A DNA stretch of 64,000 nt from Candidatus Poseidoniaceae archaeon. Its GTDB lineage: Archaea; Thermoplasmatota; Poseidoniia; Poseidoniales; Poseidoniaceae. The stretch covers positions 7,518 through 71,517 of the forward strand of contig JAPKFC010000001.1 in assembly GCA_028821785.1 (NCBI GenBank), read 5' to 3'. The notes under the pieces were generated by a model. It did no database searches and was not told the DNA's origin. It was given only the letters and a program-made list of their open reading frames with translations. The position numbers were made by a program, and so were the translations under genes. How positions within the stretch are numbered: position 1 is the first letter of the stretch; the number at the start of each line of letters is the position of its first letter. Of this stretch, positions 10,248 through 19,085 are shown one piece after another.

Positions 10248-11621
10248 ATGGCACTCGAAGGCTTATCCAAGGGTATTTTCCGCTCTATTGGATTGTTAAA
10301 GTCTAAGAGAAAGTTAGATGATGAAGAATTACGGGAAATGACTCGTAGTTTACGCAGGTCTCTTCAAGAAGCAGATTTCAACGTACGTCAAACCAAAGAG
10401 ATCGTCGAAAAAATGGAGTCTCGTATCCGTGATGAAGAACTGCGTCCTGGAATCACATTGCAAACTCATGCAATGAATATCCTCTATACCGAACTTGTTC
10501 GCTTATTAGGTTCTAAGCATGAATTTCAACCTCATGGAGCAACTTTGCTTCTAGTAGGATTATATGGTCAAGGAAAAACTACTACAACTGCAAAACTAGC
10601 AGAATGGTATCGCAAGAAACACGGCTTGAGAGTAGGCGTAATAGAAGCGGACGTTCACCGACCAGGGGCATATGAACAATTATGCCAATTATTAGAAGAC
10701 TCTACTGTTGTTGTTTATGGTGAGCCAGAAACAAAGGATGCACCAACTATTGTACGCAATGGATTGAAACAATTAGTATCTTGCGATCTGGTAATCGTTG
10801 ATACAGCAGGTAGACATCAATTAGATACTGAATTGGTTGAGGAATTGGAACAAATTTCCGCTTTAACCAATGCCACAGAACGCTGGTTGGTAATAGATGC
10901 ACAAGTAGGCCAAGCTGCGGGACCTGTTGCCGCATCATTCCATTCACTCGCAGGAGTAACTGGTATTGTAATCACAAAATTGGATGGTACAGCAAGAGGA
11001 GGAGGTGCGCTTTCTGCGGTAGCGGCAACAGGGGCGCCGATAGTTCACATTGGTGTGGGTGAAAGGATCAACGACTTAGAGAAATTTGAATCTGACCGAT
11101 TTATTTCAAGACTTTTAGGAATGGGTGATATTCAGGGGCTCATCGATTTGGCTCCTGAAGATATGGACCAAGAAGAAGCTATGAGACTAACCCAGAGGAT
11201 GATGTCCGGTAGATTCACACTAAATGACATGTATAAGCAAATGGAAATGATGTCTAAAATTGGTACTATTGACAAATTAATGTCATTCTTACCAGGAAAT
11301 ATGCTGGGCGGAATGGGTGCTATGTCCAAGAGTCAAAAAGCGGAAATGCAAACCAACCTAGACCGTTATCGCACTATTATGGATTCAATGACCGCATGGG
11401 AAAAGAATGAACCTGCAAAGATTAAGGCAGAAAGAATTCGTCGTGTAGCAAGAGGCTCGGGTGTCCGTGAAAAGGATGTCAGAGAGTTAATTGGTCAATG
11501 GAATAAGAGCCGTAAGATGATGAAGGGGATGGGTGGAAACCGTAATCTCAACAGGCAAATGCGTAAGATGATGAAAGACGGAGATATGGACGGAATGGAT
11601 CCATCATCTCTTGGAATGTGA
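10248..11621 (+). CDS. srp54: signal recognition particle protein SRP54
   Basis: NG domain motifs are GLYGQGKTTTTAKLA, DTAGRH and TKLDGTARGGGALS. The M domain is Met-rich (MMSKIG...MLGGMGAMS...MRKMMKDGDMDGM). Confidence 0.92.
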   Translation: MALEGLSKGIFRSIGLLKSKRKLDDEELREMTRSLRRSLQEADFNVRQTKEIVEKMESRIRDEELRPGITLQTHAMNILYTELVRLLGSKHEFQPHGATLLLVGLYGQGKTTTTAKLAEWYRKKHGLRVGVIEADVHRPGAYEQLCQLLEDSTVVVYGEPETKDAPTIVRNGLKQLVSCDLVIVDTAGRHQLDTELVEELEQISALTNATERWLVIDAQVGQAAGPVAASFHSLAGVTGIVITKLDGTARGGGALSAVAATGAPIVHIGVGERINDLEKFESDRFISRLLGMGDIQGLIDLAPEDMDQEEAMRLTQRMMSGRFTLNDMYKQMEMMSKIGTIDKLMSFLPGNMLGGMGAMSKSQKAEMQTNLDRYRTIMDSMTAWEKNEPAKIKAERIRRVARGSGVREKDVRELIGQWNKSRKMMKGMGGNRNLNRQMRKMMKDGDMDGMDPSSLGM

Positions 11622-11629
11622 AGTTCCAC

Positions 11630-13159
11630 TCAGTATGTCTTTGCAAGTAATATTCTGCGCTTGGTCATTTTACCAGTCATATGACAAGGACGAGCCTCCT
11701 CATATTCATCAGTTGCATCACCAAGGAAATTCAGAGAAGTTGCTCTTTCAATTACTTCAGCATGAGAATCAGTTCCATCGAAGGCCATTTCGTAAATTTT
11801 ACCATCTTCAATTTTACCATCCATTATCCATGTGTCATCAATTTCTTCAAAGGCAGGTAGAGGTTGAATAACATCTTCCATATGTGCGTTAGACCTAAGT
11901 CTTAATTCATCAGAAATTTCATTTAATACAGTTCTGCATGCGTTGACAATATCATCTATTGGCAATGGCAACTTTCCACCGGTTCTTCTACAGGCAAATG
12001 CAGTTCCTTGTTCAACATCCCGAGGTCCAATATCGAGTCGCAGTGGCACACCTTTAATCTCCCAATCATAGTATTTTTGCCCTGCTCTAATATCTCTTGT
12101 ATCAACCTTAACCCTAAGGCCATTAGCACGTAGTTGCTTTGCAATATCGTTGGAGATTGCTACTGTGTCAACTTCTGAATTCTTCTTTATCATTGGGCAG
12201 ATTACAACTTGGTAAGGTGCGATTGCAGGAGGCATAATCAATCCATTATCATCACCGTGCATACCAACAATTGCACCTACTAGTCTCTCAGACATTCCGT
12301 ATGTTGTTTGGTGGCAATGCTGTTGTTGGGCATCTAAATTCTCGTATGTAATATCAAAGGCCTTTGCCCATTGATCACGATAGTGATGGCAAGAAGCGAC
12401 TTGAAGAGTTCTTCCATTAGGCATGATAGCATCTATTCCAATCGTGTACCATGCCCCTGGGAATGTATCCCAGACTGGTCGTTTGGCCTTGATGACTGGA
12501 AGACATAAGTCGTGCATCAGATTGTTGACAATTTCTAAATCCTCTGCGATTTGTCTTGAAGCTCCATCTTCGTCGGCATGTGCTGTATGAGCTTCAAAGA
12601 AATGAATTTCTCGTACTCTAATGAATGAGCGCGTTTGCTTTGTCTCATAACGGAAGGTGTTGACCGTTTGGTAAACTTTCAAAGGCAAATCTTTGTGTGA
12701 TCTAATCCAAAGAGGAAACATTGTGTACATAGCAGTCTCGGAAGTTGGTCTCAAAAACATAGGGATATCCAAATCATTATCGCCAGCATGTTTTACCCAG
12801 TAAACTTCTTTCTTGAAACCACCTTCTTCATCTTCCTCTCGCAAATCTTCAACATCGACGCCTTCTTCTCTTGCTCTCTTTAATTTCGCAACCAGTGAAT
12901 TTTCTTTCTCTAAGAGGTTCTCTGGAATTAATAATGGGAATCGAACTTCTTCGTGGTCAGTCCTTTCCATCTCAGAATGCGTTAGTGCATCAATCAGTTT
13001 CATTGTTTTCCAACCATAAGGTCGCCATACATCCATACCCTTTATCGGATATCTCTTGTCAACTAATTCAGCAGCCTCTACCATGAATGGATACCATTCA
13101 TTGAAATTATCTATCTTAGATGGAATTCCTCGCTTGGCTTTGCCATGTCCTTGGCTCAT
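11630..13159 (-). CDS. proS: proline--tRNA ligase, archaeal/eukaryotic type
   Basis: Contains RPTSETAMY and the motif-2-like FRYETKQTRSFIRVREIHFFEAH. There is a C-terminal zinc-binding-type extension, and the protein ends in Tyr (LLAKTY), as in archaeal-type ProRS. Confidence 0.92.
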   Translation of the reverse strand: MSQGHGKAKRGIPSKIDNFNEWYPFMVEAAELVDKRYPIKGMDVWRPYGWKTMKLIDALTHSEMERTDHEEVRFPLLIPENLLEKENSLVAKLKRAREEGVDVEDLREEDEEGGFKKEVYWVKHAGDNDLDIPMFLRPTSETAMYTMFPLWIRSHKDLPLKVYQTVNTFRYETKQTRSFIRVREIHFFEAHTAHADEDGASRQIAEDLEIVNNLMHDLCLPVIKAKRPVWDTFPGAWYTIGIDAIMPNGRTLQVASCHHYRDQWAKAFDITYENLDAQQQHCHQTTYGMSERLVGAIVGMHGDDNGLIMPPAIAPYQVVICPMIKKNSEVDTVAISNDIAKQLRANGLRVKVDTRDIRAGQKYYDWEIKGVPLRLDIGPRDVEQGTAFACRRTGGKLPLPIDDIVNACRTVLNEISDELRLRSNAHMEDVIQPLPAFEEIDDTWIMDGKIEDGKIYEMAFDGTDSHAEVIERATSLNFLGDATDEYEEARPCHMTGKMTKRRILLAKTY

Positions 13160-13288
13160 GAAACCCTCTCGACCATCACTCGCTCATCAACATGACGCTT
13201 CAAGCGATGATAAATCGGTTGTTTAATCGAACAGAATCTAGTATCCAACTTAGAAATTTTCTATTTCGTGGTGAATTAATTTCGTACT

Positions 13289-13597
13289 CTATTCATCTAT
13301 TGTTGATTTTAGTTCAATTTCTACATCAAGAGGTTCTGGCACAAAAGTAGATTTTGAACTTCCGCTGACCAAAATTCCTACAAATGCAGTTGAGAACCAT
13401 GCTAATTCAAGAATTAAAAATGCCCACTCCTCAATGAGATATGCGCGTATTGCCAACAATGCAGAACCAATTGCCATTAAGGAAAGATAGGGTTTATCCT
13501 TACTATGCAACTTATTACGCGTTTCTAAGAAAAATGCAAGTAGAATGAGAAACATCCCTACATATGCCACGATCTCAGTATCTATGTCCGATAGCAT
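13289..13597 (-). CDS. small 3-TM membrane protein, unknown function
   Basis: Three hydrophobic helices. I chose the start at ATG 13597 (MLSDIDTE), which removes the 29-nt overlap with the upstream ORF. No family was recognised with certainty. Confidence 0.4.
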   Translation of the reverse strand: MLSDIDTEIVAYVGMFLILLAFFLETRNKLHSKDKPYLSLMAIGSALLAIRAYLIEEWAFLILELAWFSTAFVGILVSGSSKSTFVPEPLDVEIELKSTIDE

Positions 13598-13601
13598 GCT
13601 A

Positions 13602-14171
13602 TCACTTTCGACTAAAATACCATAATCCAATAACGCCTAATGAAAGAGCAATGATATCAGGAATTCCGATTGACATGTCTATCATAGATTGTGACCATCC
13701 CCATCCACTGTCAACTTTGTGAATACTTAGCCAGTTAATACGGGTATATCCATCGGAAGGACATAGGGTGTCAGACTTACAAAGTCCACCTAAAACAAAT
13801 GAAAACAGTCCAAATATATTGGTGATTATAATTGTTAATTCTACTAGGATTAGTTTCGACATTAGACTCATTTTACCGCGACTGCTGATGCCTGGAGCAG
13901 GTGGTAAATCAGGTAATTCCCCTAATGCAGGGAGTGGGCCACCAATCGGTTCAACGACTTCGATGAGCATATTTGTAGGTGGAGATACTTCAATGATATC
14001 AGATGATAGAGGAGAGGCTACCATGTCTCTAGATTTCTTCGGATTTGCGACTGCAACTTTAATTCCGTAAAGACGCTCTGCGAGTGACACTAAAACAGGG
14101 TCATCTGCGATTTCAGAAGGTTCCAAAACCCCATCAAGCAGCATTTCCAACTTCTCTTGAGTGTTAGTCAT
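13602..14171 (-). CDS. hypothetical membrane-anchored protein
   Basis: A 189-aa ORF with a soluble N-terminal part, a Pro-rich linker (LPALGELPDLPPAPG) and two predicted TM helices flanking a Cys-containing loop. No recognised motif. Confidence 0.4.
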   Translation of the reverse strand: MTNTQEKLEMLLDGVLEPSEIADDPVLVSLAERLYGIKVAVANPKKSRDMVASPLSSDIIEVSPPTNMLIEVVEPIGGPLPALGELPDLPPAPGISSRGKMSLMSKLILVELTIIITNIFGLFSFVLGGLCKSDTLCPSDGYTRINWLSIHKVDSGWGWSQSMIDMSIGIPDIIALSLGVIGLWYFSRK

Positions 14172-14246
14172 AAGTCTCGCTCCATGTTTAAGGTGAACTC
14201 CACTACTTGATGAAGGCTCCTTCGTTAAATAAAGTTCATTTCCACT

Positions 14247-14906
14247 TCATGCATTGCCAGCCGCTTCTACAGCAGCCCAATCCTTCAAGAAACCTTCAAG
14301 TCCCTTATCGGTAAGTGGATGCTTCATTAATTGGCGGAATATTTTTGCTGGCATTGTAGCTGTATGAGCACCTAGTTGGATACACTGAAGGACGTGGGTT
14401 GGATGGCGAATAGATGCTGCCAAAACCTTTGTCGTAATATCATAACTAGCCCAAACTTCCATTATTTCAGCTATCAAATTCATTCCATCATGCCCAGTAT
14501 CATCAATTCTTCCGATGAATGGTGAAACATATGTTGCTCCTGCCTTTGCAGCCATTAGTGCTTGAGCAGCAGAGAAAACCAATGTGACATTTGTATCAAT
14601 GCCCTTTTCATTGAGAACCTTAGTTGCTGCTAGTCCTTCTGCAGTACATGGAATCTTTATGATTACATTGTCAGGTAGATCAGCCTTTAATGCAAGGCCT
14701 TGAGCGATCATTCCTTCTGTATCCATTGCAGTAACTTCAGCAGATATCGGGCCAGAGCAAATACCAGCGATCTCCCTCACTACTTCTTTGAAATCGCGTC
14801 CACTCTTTTTGATGAGAGAAGGATTAGTCGTTACACCGTCGAGAATTCCCCACGCAGCAATCTCTCTTATTTCATCAACATCGGCAGTATCTAGGAAGAA
14901 CTCCAT
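14247..14906 (-). CDS. tal: transaldolase / fructose-6-phosphate aldolase family (short TalC/Fsa type)
   Basis: Motifs [13 protein letters not shown] and GVTTNPSLI, with the Schiff-base Lys context VIIKIPCT. The ~219-aa length is typical of the short subfamily. Confidence 0.88.
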   Translation of the reverse strand: MEFFLDTADVDEIREIAAWGILDGVTTNPSLIKKSGRDFKEVVREIAGICSGPISAEVTAMDTEGMIAQGLALKADLPDNVIIKIPCTAEGLAATKVLNEKGIDTNVTLVFSAAQALMAAKAGATYVSPFIGRIDDTGHDGMNLIAEIMEVWASYDITTKVLAASIRHPTHVLQCIQLGAHTATMPAKIFRQLMKHPLTDKGLEGFLKDWAAVEAAGNA

Positions 14907-14999
14907 GATACGGTGGCATAGCCGGTTGTCTATGAATTAATCCCTTTCAAACAAAAGCAGTTCAATAAAGACAACATTGTTATTTAATGCAAAAATCAT

Positions 15000-15938
15000 T
15001 CAAGATTTTCTTGCTATTGCTCGCTGTGCCGCCTGTTCTATATATTTTGAATTGAGTTTCATAACCTCTAGCATCTCATCGGATTGACCCGATTCACCGA
15101 ATCTATCAGCAACACCAACCATTTCCAATGGAGCATATTTATTGGTCACTAGATGTTCTGCAACAGCACCACCTAGTCCACCGATTACATTGTGGTCTTC
15201 CGCAGTTACAATTGCGCCGCATTGTGAAGCTAATGAATCAATTAAATCACCATCTAATGGCTTTAGAGTGTGCATGTCAACTACTGTTGCGTTGATGCCC
15301 TTTTCAGCCAACAGTTCAGCAGCCTTCATCGATTCCGAAACTAGTACTCCACATGCAATAATGGCAACATCAGTTCCCTGACGCAATGTGATCCCTTTGC
15401 CAATAACGATTTCAGATTCTCTTCCACGATACATAACAGGGGTTTTGTTTCTTGCAGTCCTCATGTAGGACGGTTTATTCAATGCAGGCAATTGCTTGGT
15501 CAATTCCAAGGTTGAAACATAATCTGAAGGATGCATAACTACAACATTTGGTAGAGTTCGGTAAATAGCAAGGTCTTCGATCGATTGTGCACTAGAACCA
15601 TCAGTTCCTGTGTGAGTTCCACCGTGACTTCCGCACAAATGTACTGCCAAATCTGGTCTTGCAACTCCATTACGCATTTGTTCAAATGCCCTTTCGGTAA
15701 ATATTGCAAATGTACTTGCGAATGGGATGTAGCCAGATGATGCAAGTCCTGCAGCGGTTAGCAGCATGTTTTGCTCTCCAATACCACACGAGATTGAACG
15801 TGCAGGATATTTGTTCTTGAAATGTAGCGATTTTGTTGATTTACCCAAATCTGCCTCGAGTACGACAACCTTTGCATTATCTGCAATTTCAAGTAATGCT
15901 TGCCCATATCCATCTCTTGTTGCTGCCATCTCACTCAT
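15000..15938 (-). CDS. transketolase, C-terminal (pyrimidine-binding) subunit
   Basis: Motifs GIGEQNM and FTERAFEQ, followed by a C-terminal transketolase_C-like domain. The gene is coupled to the N-terminal subunit gene by an ATGA overlap at 15935-15938. Confidence 0.9.
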   Translation of the reverse strand: MSEMAATRDGYGQALLEIADNAKVVVLEADLGKSTKSLHFKNKYPARSISCGIGEQNMLLTAAGLASSGYIPFASTFAIFTERAFEQMRNGVARPDLAVHLCGSHGGTHTGTDGSSAQSIEDLAIYRTLPNVVVMHPSDYVSTLELTKQLPALNKPSYMRTARNKTPVMYRGRESEIVIGKGITLRQGTDVAIIACGVLVSESMKAAELLAEKGINATVVDMHTLKPLDGDLIDSLASQCGAIVTAEDHNVIGGLGGAVAEHLVTNKYAPLEMVGVADRFGESGQSDEMLEVMKLNSKYIEQAAQRAIARKS

Positions 15939-16771
15939 ACAATCACCTCGCCTAGTTCTAGCATTGCTTGAGCAAATTGTTCATCATTAGGTGCTGCTCC
16001 ATGGAATGAAGGATTGTTTTCCATAAAGGACACTCCAGCGCCCTTGATAGTATGTGCGATCAAGATTGCTGGCTTGTCGTTAGTAGCCTCAAGGAAATCT
16101 AGTCCAGACATTACCTCTTCCATATTGTGTCCATCTATTTCCTTGACCTCCCAGCCAAACGCTCTCCACTTTGCAGGAATGTCAAACATTCGCATTTGCG
16201 CTTCACAAAAGTCATCATTTTGAATTCTGTTGCGGTCGAGTATTACTTTCAGATTGCCAACTTCATGATGCGCTGCAGCCATTGCTGCTTCCCATACACT
16301 ACCTTCTTGAATTTCACCATCTCCTATCATTACGAATGTTCTTCGTTCACTATTGTCTAGGCGAGCAGCTACTGCACATCCTAGGCCGAATGAAAGGCCC
16401 ATTCCCAAAGAACCAGCAGAAAAGTCAACACCAGGACACCATTTCATGTCCACGTGTCCTTGGCATTTTCCGCCAAGAACTCTGTATGAATGTAAGTCTT
16501 CATGATCAATGAAACCCATCTCTGCCAATACTGCATACATTCCAGGAGAGGCATGACCCTTGGATAGAATGAATCGGTCCCTATCTTCCCACTTTGGCTG
16601 ATCTGGACGTACTCGCATACGGGTTGCATAAAGTGCTGAAATTAGGTCTATTTCCGATAGTGAGCCGCCAGGATGTCCGGCTTGAGCACGGTAAACCATT
16701 TTGACGATTTCAACTCTACATTTTCTTGCAAACTCTTCAAGTTCTGATATTGACAATGTCATGAAAAACAC
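15935..16771 (-). CDS. transketolase, N-terminal (TPP-binding) subunit
   Basis: Contains GHPGGSLS and the TPP motif GDGEIQEGSVWEA...N. This is the split-gene arrangement common in archaea. Confidence 0.9.
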   Translation of the reverse strand: MFFMTLSISELEEFARKCRVEIVKMVYRAQAGHPGGSLSEIDLISALYATRMRVRPDQPKWEDRDRFILSKGHASPGMYAVLAEMGFIDHEDLHSYRVLGGKCQGHVDMKWCPGVDFSAGSLGMGLSFGLGCAVAARLDNSERRTFVMIGDGEIQEGSVWEAAMAAAHHEVGNLKVILDRNRIQNDDFCEAQMRMFDIPAKWRAFGWEVKEIDGHNMEEVMSGLDFLEATNDKPAILIAHTIKGAGVSFMENNPSFHGAAPNDEQFAQAMLELGEVIV

Positions 16772-16846
16772 CCTATTGAGCCATTGGCTATGAGGGGGCT
16801 CTTTGATACTTGCGCCTCATCCCTAAGGCGAATTACAAGGAATTCA

Positions 16847-18931
16847 TTAACGCTTAGGCATTAGTGATTGGTATGTACGTAAAATAGCATTTCTTACAAC
16901 GGCTATGGCATCGGTTAGTAAATTGCCACCTTCAGGCAATGCTCTTGTTGCTAACCAGATAAATATTCCAACAAACCAAGCGAAGAAAGCGAGTGAAAGT
17001 AAGTTTCCTAATACACCGATTCCTAATAACTCTGGAAGATTAATTTTCATAACTATTAATATCGCTACGAAAACACCCATTATCGATTCACCTGCAATAA
17101 ATCCAGCTCCAATTAAGACTCCTCTACTCTCTACTTCTTTAGCAGCAGTAACTGCTTCTGAACTTGGTTCTCTATCGAGTGTACCGTCTATTCTCAGGTG
17201 AGCACTTCTAAGGGCTATGTATGAAATTACACCACCTAGCATGATAGGAACAGATAATCCGAGTGGCAAATATATTCCAATTGCAACGCTCATTACCGGC
17301 ATACTTAGTCTAATCAATACAACGGCGATAACTGCTCCTAGTAATACCATTTGTAGATTTAAACCACTTCCAAATGCACCTTCGACAATGGCTCCAATCA
17401 ATTCAGCCTGTGGAGCGAAGAGTGCATTTTTACATTCAGGGTCACCAGGTAGTGGATCTAATGCACAAGCAGTACTTGATATTCTAAATGCTTCGTGTAG
17501 TAATTTTAAAGTTGGCCCAATTACAATAGCACCGGTTACGACACCAATTATTTCGGCAATCTGCTGCCTCCATGGAGTTGCACCAACCATGTGTCCGGTT
17601 TTCAAATCCTGCATGACATCACCAGCAATAGCGGCTGATGATGCTACGATTGCGGCGATTAGCAATGTTGCATACATTAGAGTGCCCGTGGACAATCCGA
17701 GAAATAAGTCACCTACCACCCATACGAGTGCAACTGTGAATAATAAAGTTGCAATTGTCATTCCTGAAACTGGAGAATTGGAAGAACCAACTACACCGGC
17801 TATATATCCAGCAACCGCTGCGAAAAAGAACGAAACAACTGCCAAAAACGCTGCACCAGCAAAGGCTAATACAATTGATTTCAATGCAATAGCATAGAAT
17901 ATAAAGGTCGCTAGAACAAGTAGACCACATACTACCAAAACTTTGCGAAGTGGTAGATCTTGTTCAGTGCGTACGACTTCAAATGCAGCCTCATCATTCT
18001 TTTCAAATGCCTTTGATAATCCTGTATAGATGGTTCCTTTCATCGACCATAGAGTGTAAACTCCTCCTACTACCATAGCGCCAACACCAACATAACGTAT
18101 TTGTGAAGACCATACTTTGTAGAAAGCCTCTACCCCATTTGATGCTTCAGGCCATCCGTTTATCAATCCATAAATTGGAACTAATATTCCAAAGCCGATA
18201 ACGCCGCCCAAGAAAATGAATGAAGCGATTCTTATTCCGACGATATATCCTACAGATAATAGTGCAATTGACAAATCCATACCAGCGTATAATTTTGTAC
18301 TCAAGAAATCTACAGAACTTTCAACTGTGTGGTGTGTCACATTGAAACCTTTTACCATGAATCCATATATTGCACCAATTCCTAGTGCATACAAGATTGC
18401 TAATGCGCCTTCTCCACCCTCTTCACCAGCAACCAACACCTCTCTACAGGCAACACCTTCTGGATAAGGCAGGGCTTCTTCTACGATGAATAATCTTCTT
18501 AGTGCAATGGTGAACATTGTACCCAACAACCCACCAATAAGTGCAATTACAAATGTTTCAACAAATTGAATATCTTCCCACAGTCCAATGACTAGTAGTG
18601 CTGGAACTGTAAAAATAACTCCAGCTGCAAGTGATTCACCAGCACTTGCCATTGTTTGCACTGCATTGTTTTCGAGGATTGTGACATCATCAAACATTGT
18701 GCGTAAAATAATCATTGACATCACTGCAGCAGGAATCGAAGCAGATACGGTCATGCCCGCGTATAATCCTAGATATGCATTGGCTGCTGTCATCAAAACA
18801 CCAAGAACAATACCTACGAGGATTACTCTAAGAGTCAATTCCATCGGAGACTCATCGGCTGAGATATATGGTTCGCCCAGAGCGCTCATAATCTCAGCCA
18901 AGTGAATTGGGATTTTGAACCTAATGCACAT
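16847..18931 (-). CDS. OPT-family oligopeptide transporter
   Basis: A ~690-aa polytopic protein whose N-terminus, ELTLRVILVGIVLGVLMTAANAYLGLYAGMTVSASIPAAV, is typical of the OPT superfamily. The alternative ATG at 18889 is equally plausible. Confidence 0.8.
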   Translation of the reverse strand: MCIRFKIPIHLAEIMSALGEPYISADESPMELTLRVILVGIVLGVLMTAANAYLGLYAGMTVSASIPAAVMSMIILRTMFDDVTILENNAVQTMASAGESLAAGVIFTVPALLVIGLWEDIQFVETFVIALIGGLLGTMFTIALRRLFIVEEALPYPEGVACREVLVAGEEGGEGALAILYALGIGAIYGFMVKGFNVTHHTVESSVDFLSTKLYAGMDLSIALLSVGYIVGIRIASFIFLGGVIGFGILVPIYGLINGWPEASNGVEAFYKVWSSQIRYVGVGAMVVGGVYTLWSMKGTIYTGLSKAFEKNDEAAFEVVRTEQDLPLRKVLVVCGLLVLATFIFYAIALKSIVLAFAGAAFLAVVSFFFAAVAGYIAGVVGSSNSPVSGMTIATLLFTVALVWVVGDLFLGLSTGTLMYATLLIAAIVASSAAIAGDVMQDLKTGHMVGATPWRQQIAEIIGVVTGAIVIGPTLKLLHEAFRISSTACALDPLPGDPECKNALFAPQAELIGAIVEGAFGSGLNLQMVLLGAVIAVVLIRLSMPVMSVAIGIYLPLGLSVPIMLGGVISYIALRSAHLRIDGTLDREPSSEAVTAAKEVESRGVLIGAGFIAGESIMGVFVAILIVMKINLPELLGIGVLGNLLSLAFFAWFVGIFIWLATRALPEGGNLLTDAIAVVRNAILRTYQSLMPKR

Positions 18932-19085
18932 ATAATGTCCGTATTAGAAAATCCATTAGCCTGTAAAATACAACCAATATATCTCCTACATTCAATATTA
19001 ATTGATGGGAACCCCTCCATTATACTCATAAATCATCAATTCTTCGCAGGGTTATTGGATGATTCTTGCGTTCAAGGTGAATACT

